Source: Raja brachyura
Taxonomy: Eukaryota
Direction: 5' to 3'
DNA: 64,000 nt
Assembly: GCA_963514005.1 (NCBI GenBank)
Contig: OY740811.1
Location: 32,178,001-32,242,000, forward strand
Made by a program: the position numbers and the translations under genes. Shown here piece by piece: positions 63,871-64,000 of this stretch. The notes beneath the pieces are model-generated. The model ran no database searches, was not told where the DNA came from, and was given only the letters and a program-made list of their open reading frames with translations. Positions within the stretch are counted from its first letter, which is position 1. Each line of letters opens with the position of its first letter.

Positions 63871-64000
63871 TTATCAGCCTGTAAGAGTTCCAAATGTTTC
63901 CAAATATATAATGAGAAGATGTTCTCTTCAAAACGATGCTTCATCACCAGTGCATTGTACTGCATTCTTTATTACACTTCATCCGAACGTCTACTTGTGA

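Overview
This is vertebrate genomic DNA with a cartilaginous-fish (probably skate/ray) repeat landscape: HE1/V-SINE-like SINEs, CR1 LINEs and Penelope-like elements (taxon inferred from repeats only). The + strand carries ten coding exons of FOXJ3 (5445-34622; 5' exons lie upstream of the window) and a probable ~8 kb 3' UTR. The - strand carries exons 2-4 and the 3' UTR of EFHD2 (swiprosin-1), convergent with FOXJ3. The most striking structure is a family of Penelope-derived fold-back insertions with 12-15 bp target-site duplications and minimal hammerhead ribozyme cores (CTGAAGA-stem-GAAACGTC). One of them (19953-20302) encloses a copy of the neighbouring FOXJ3 exon with both splice sites intact and a premature stop, making it a candidate hairpin-caged poison exon. 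Coordinates and alignments were done by eye; gene names rest on recalled human protein sequences, and TE boundaries are approximate.
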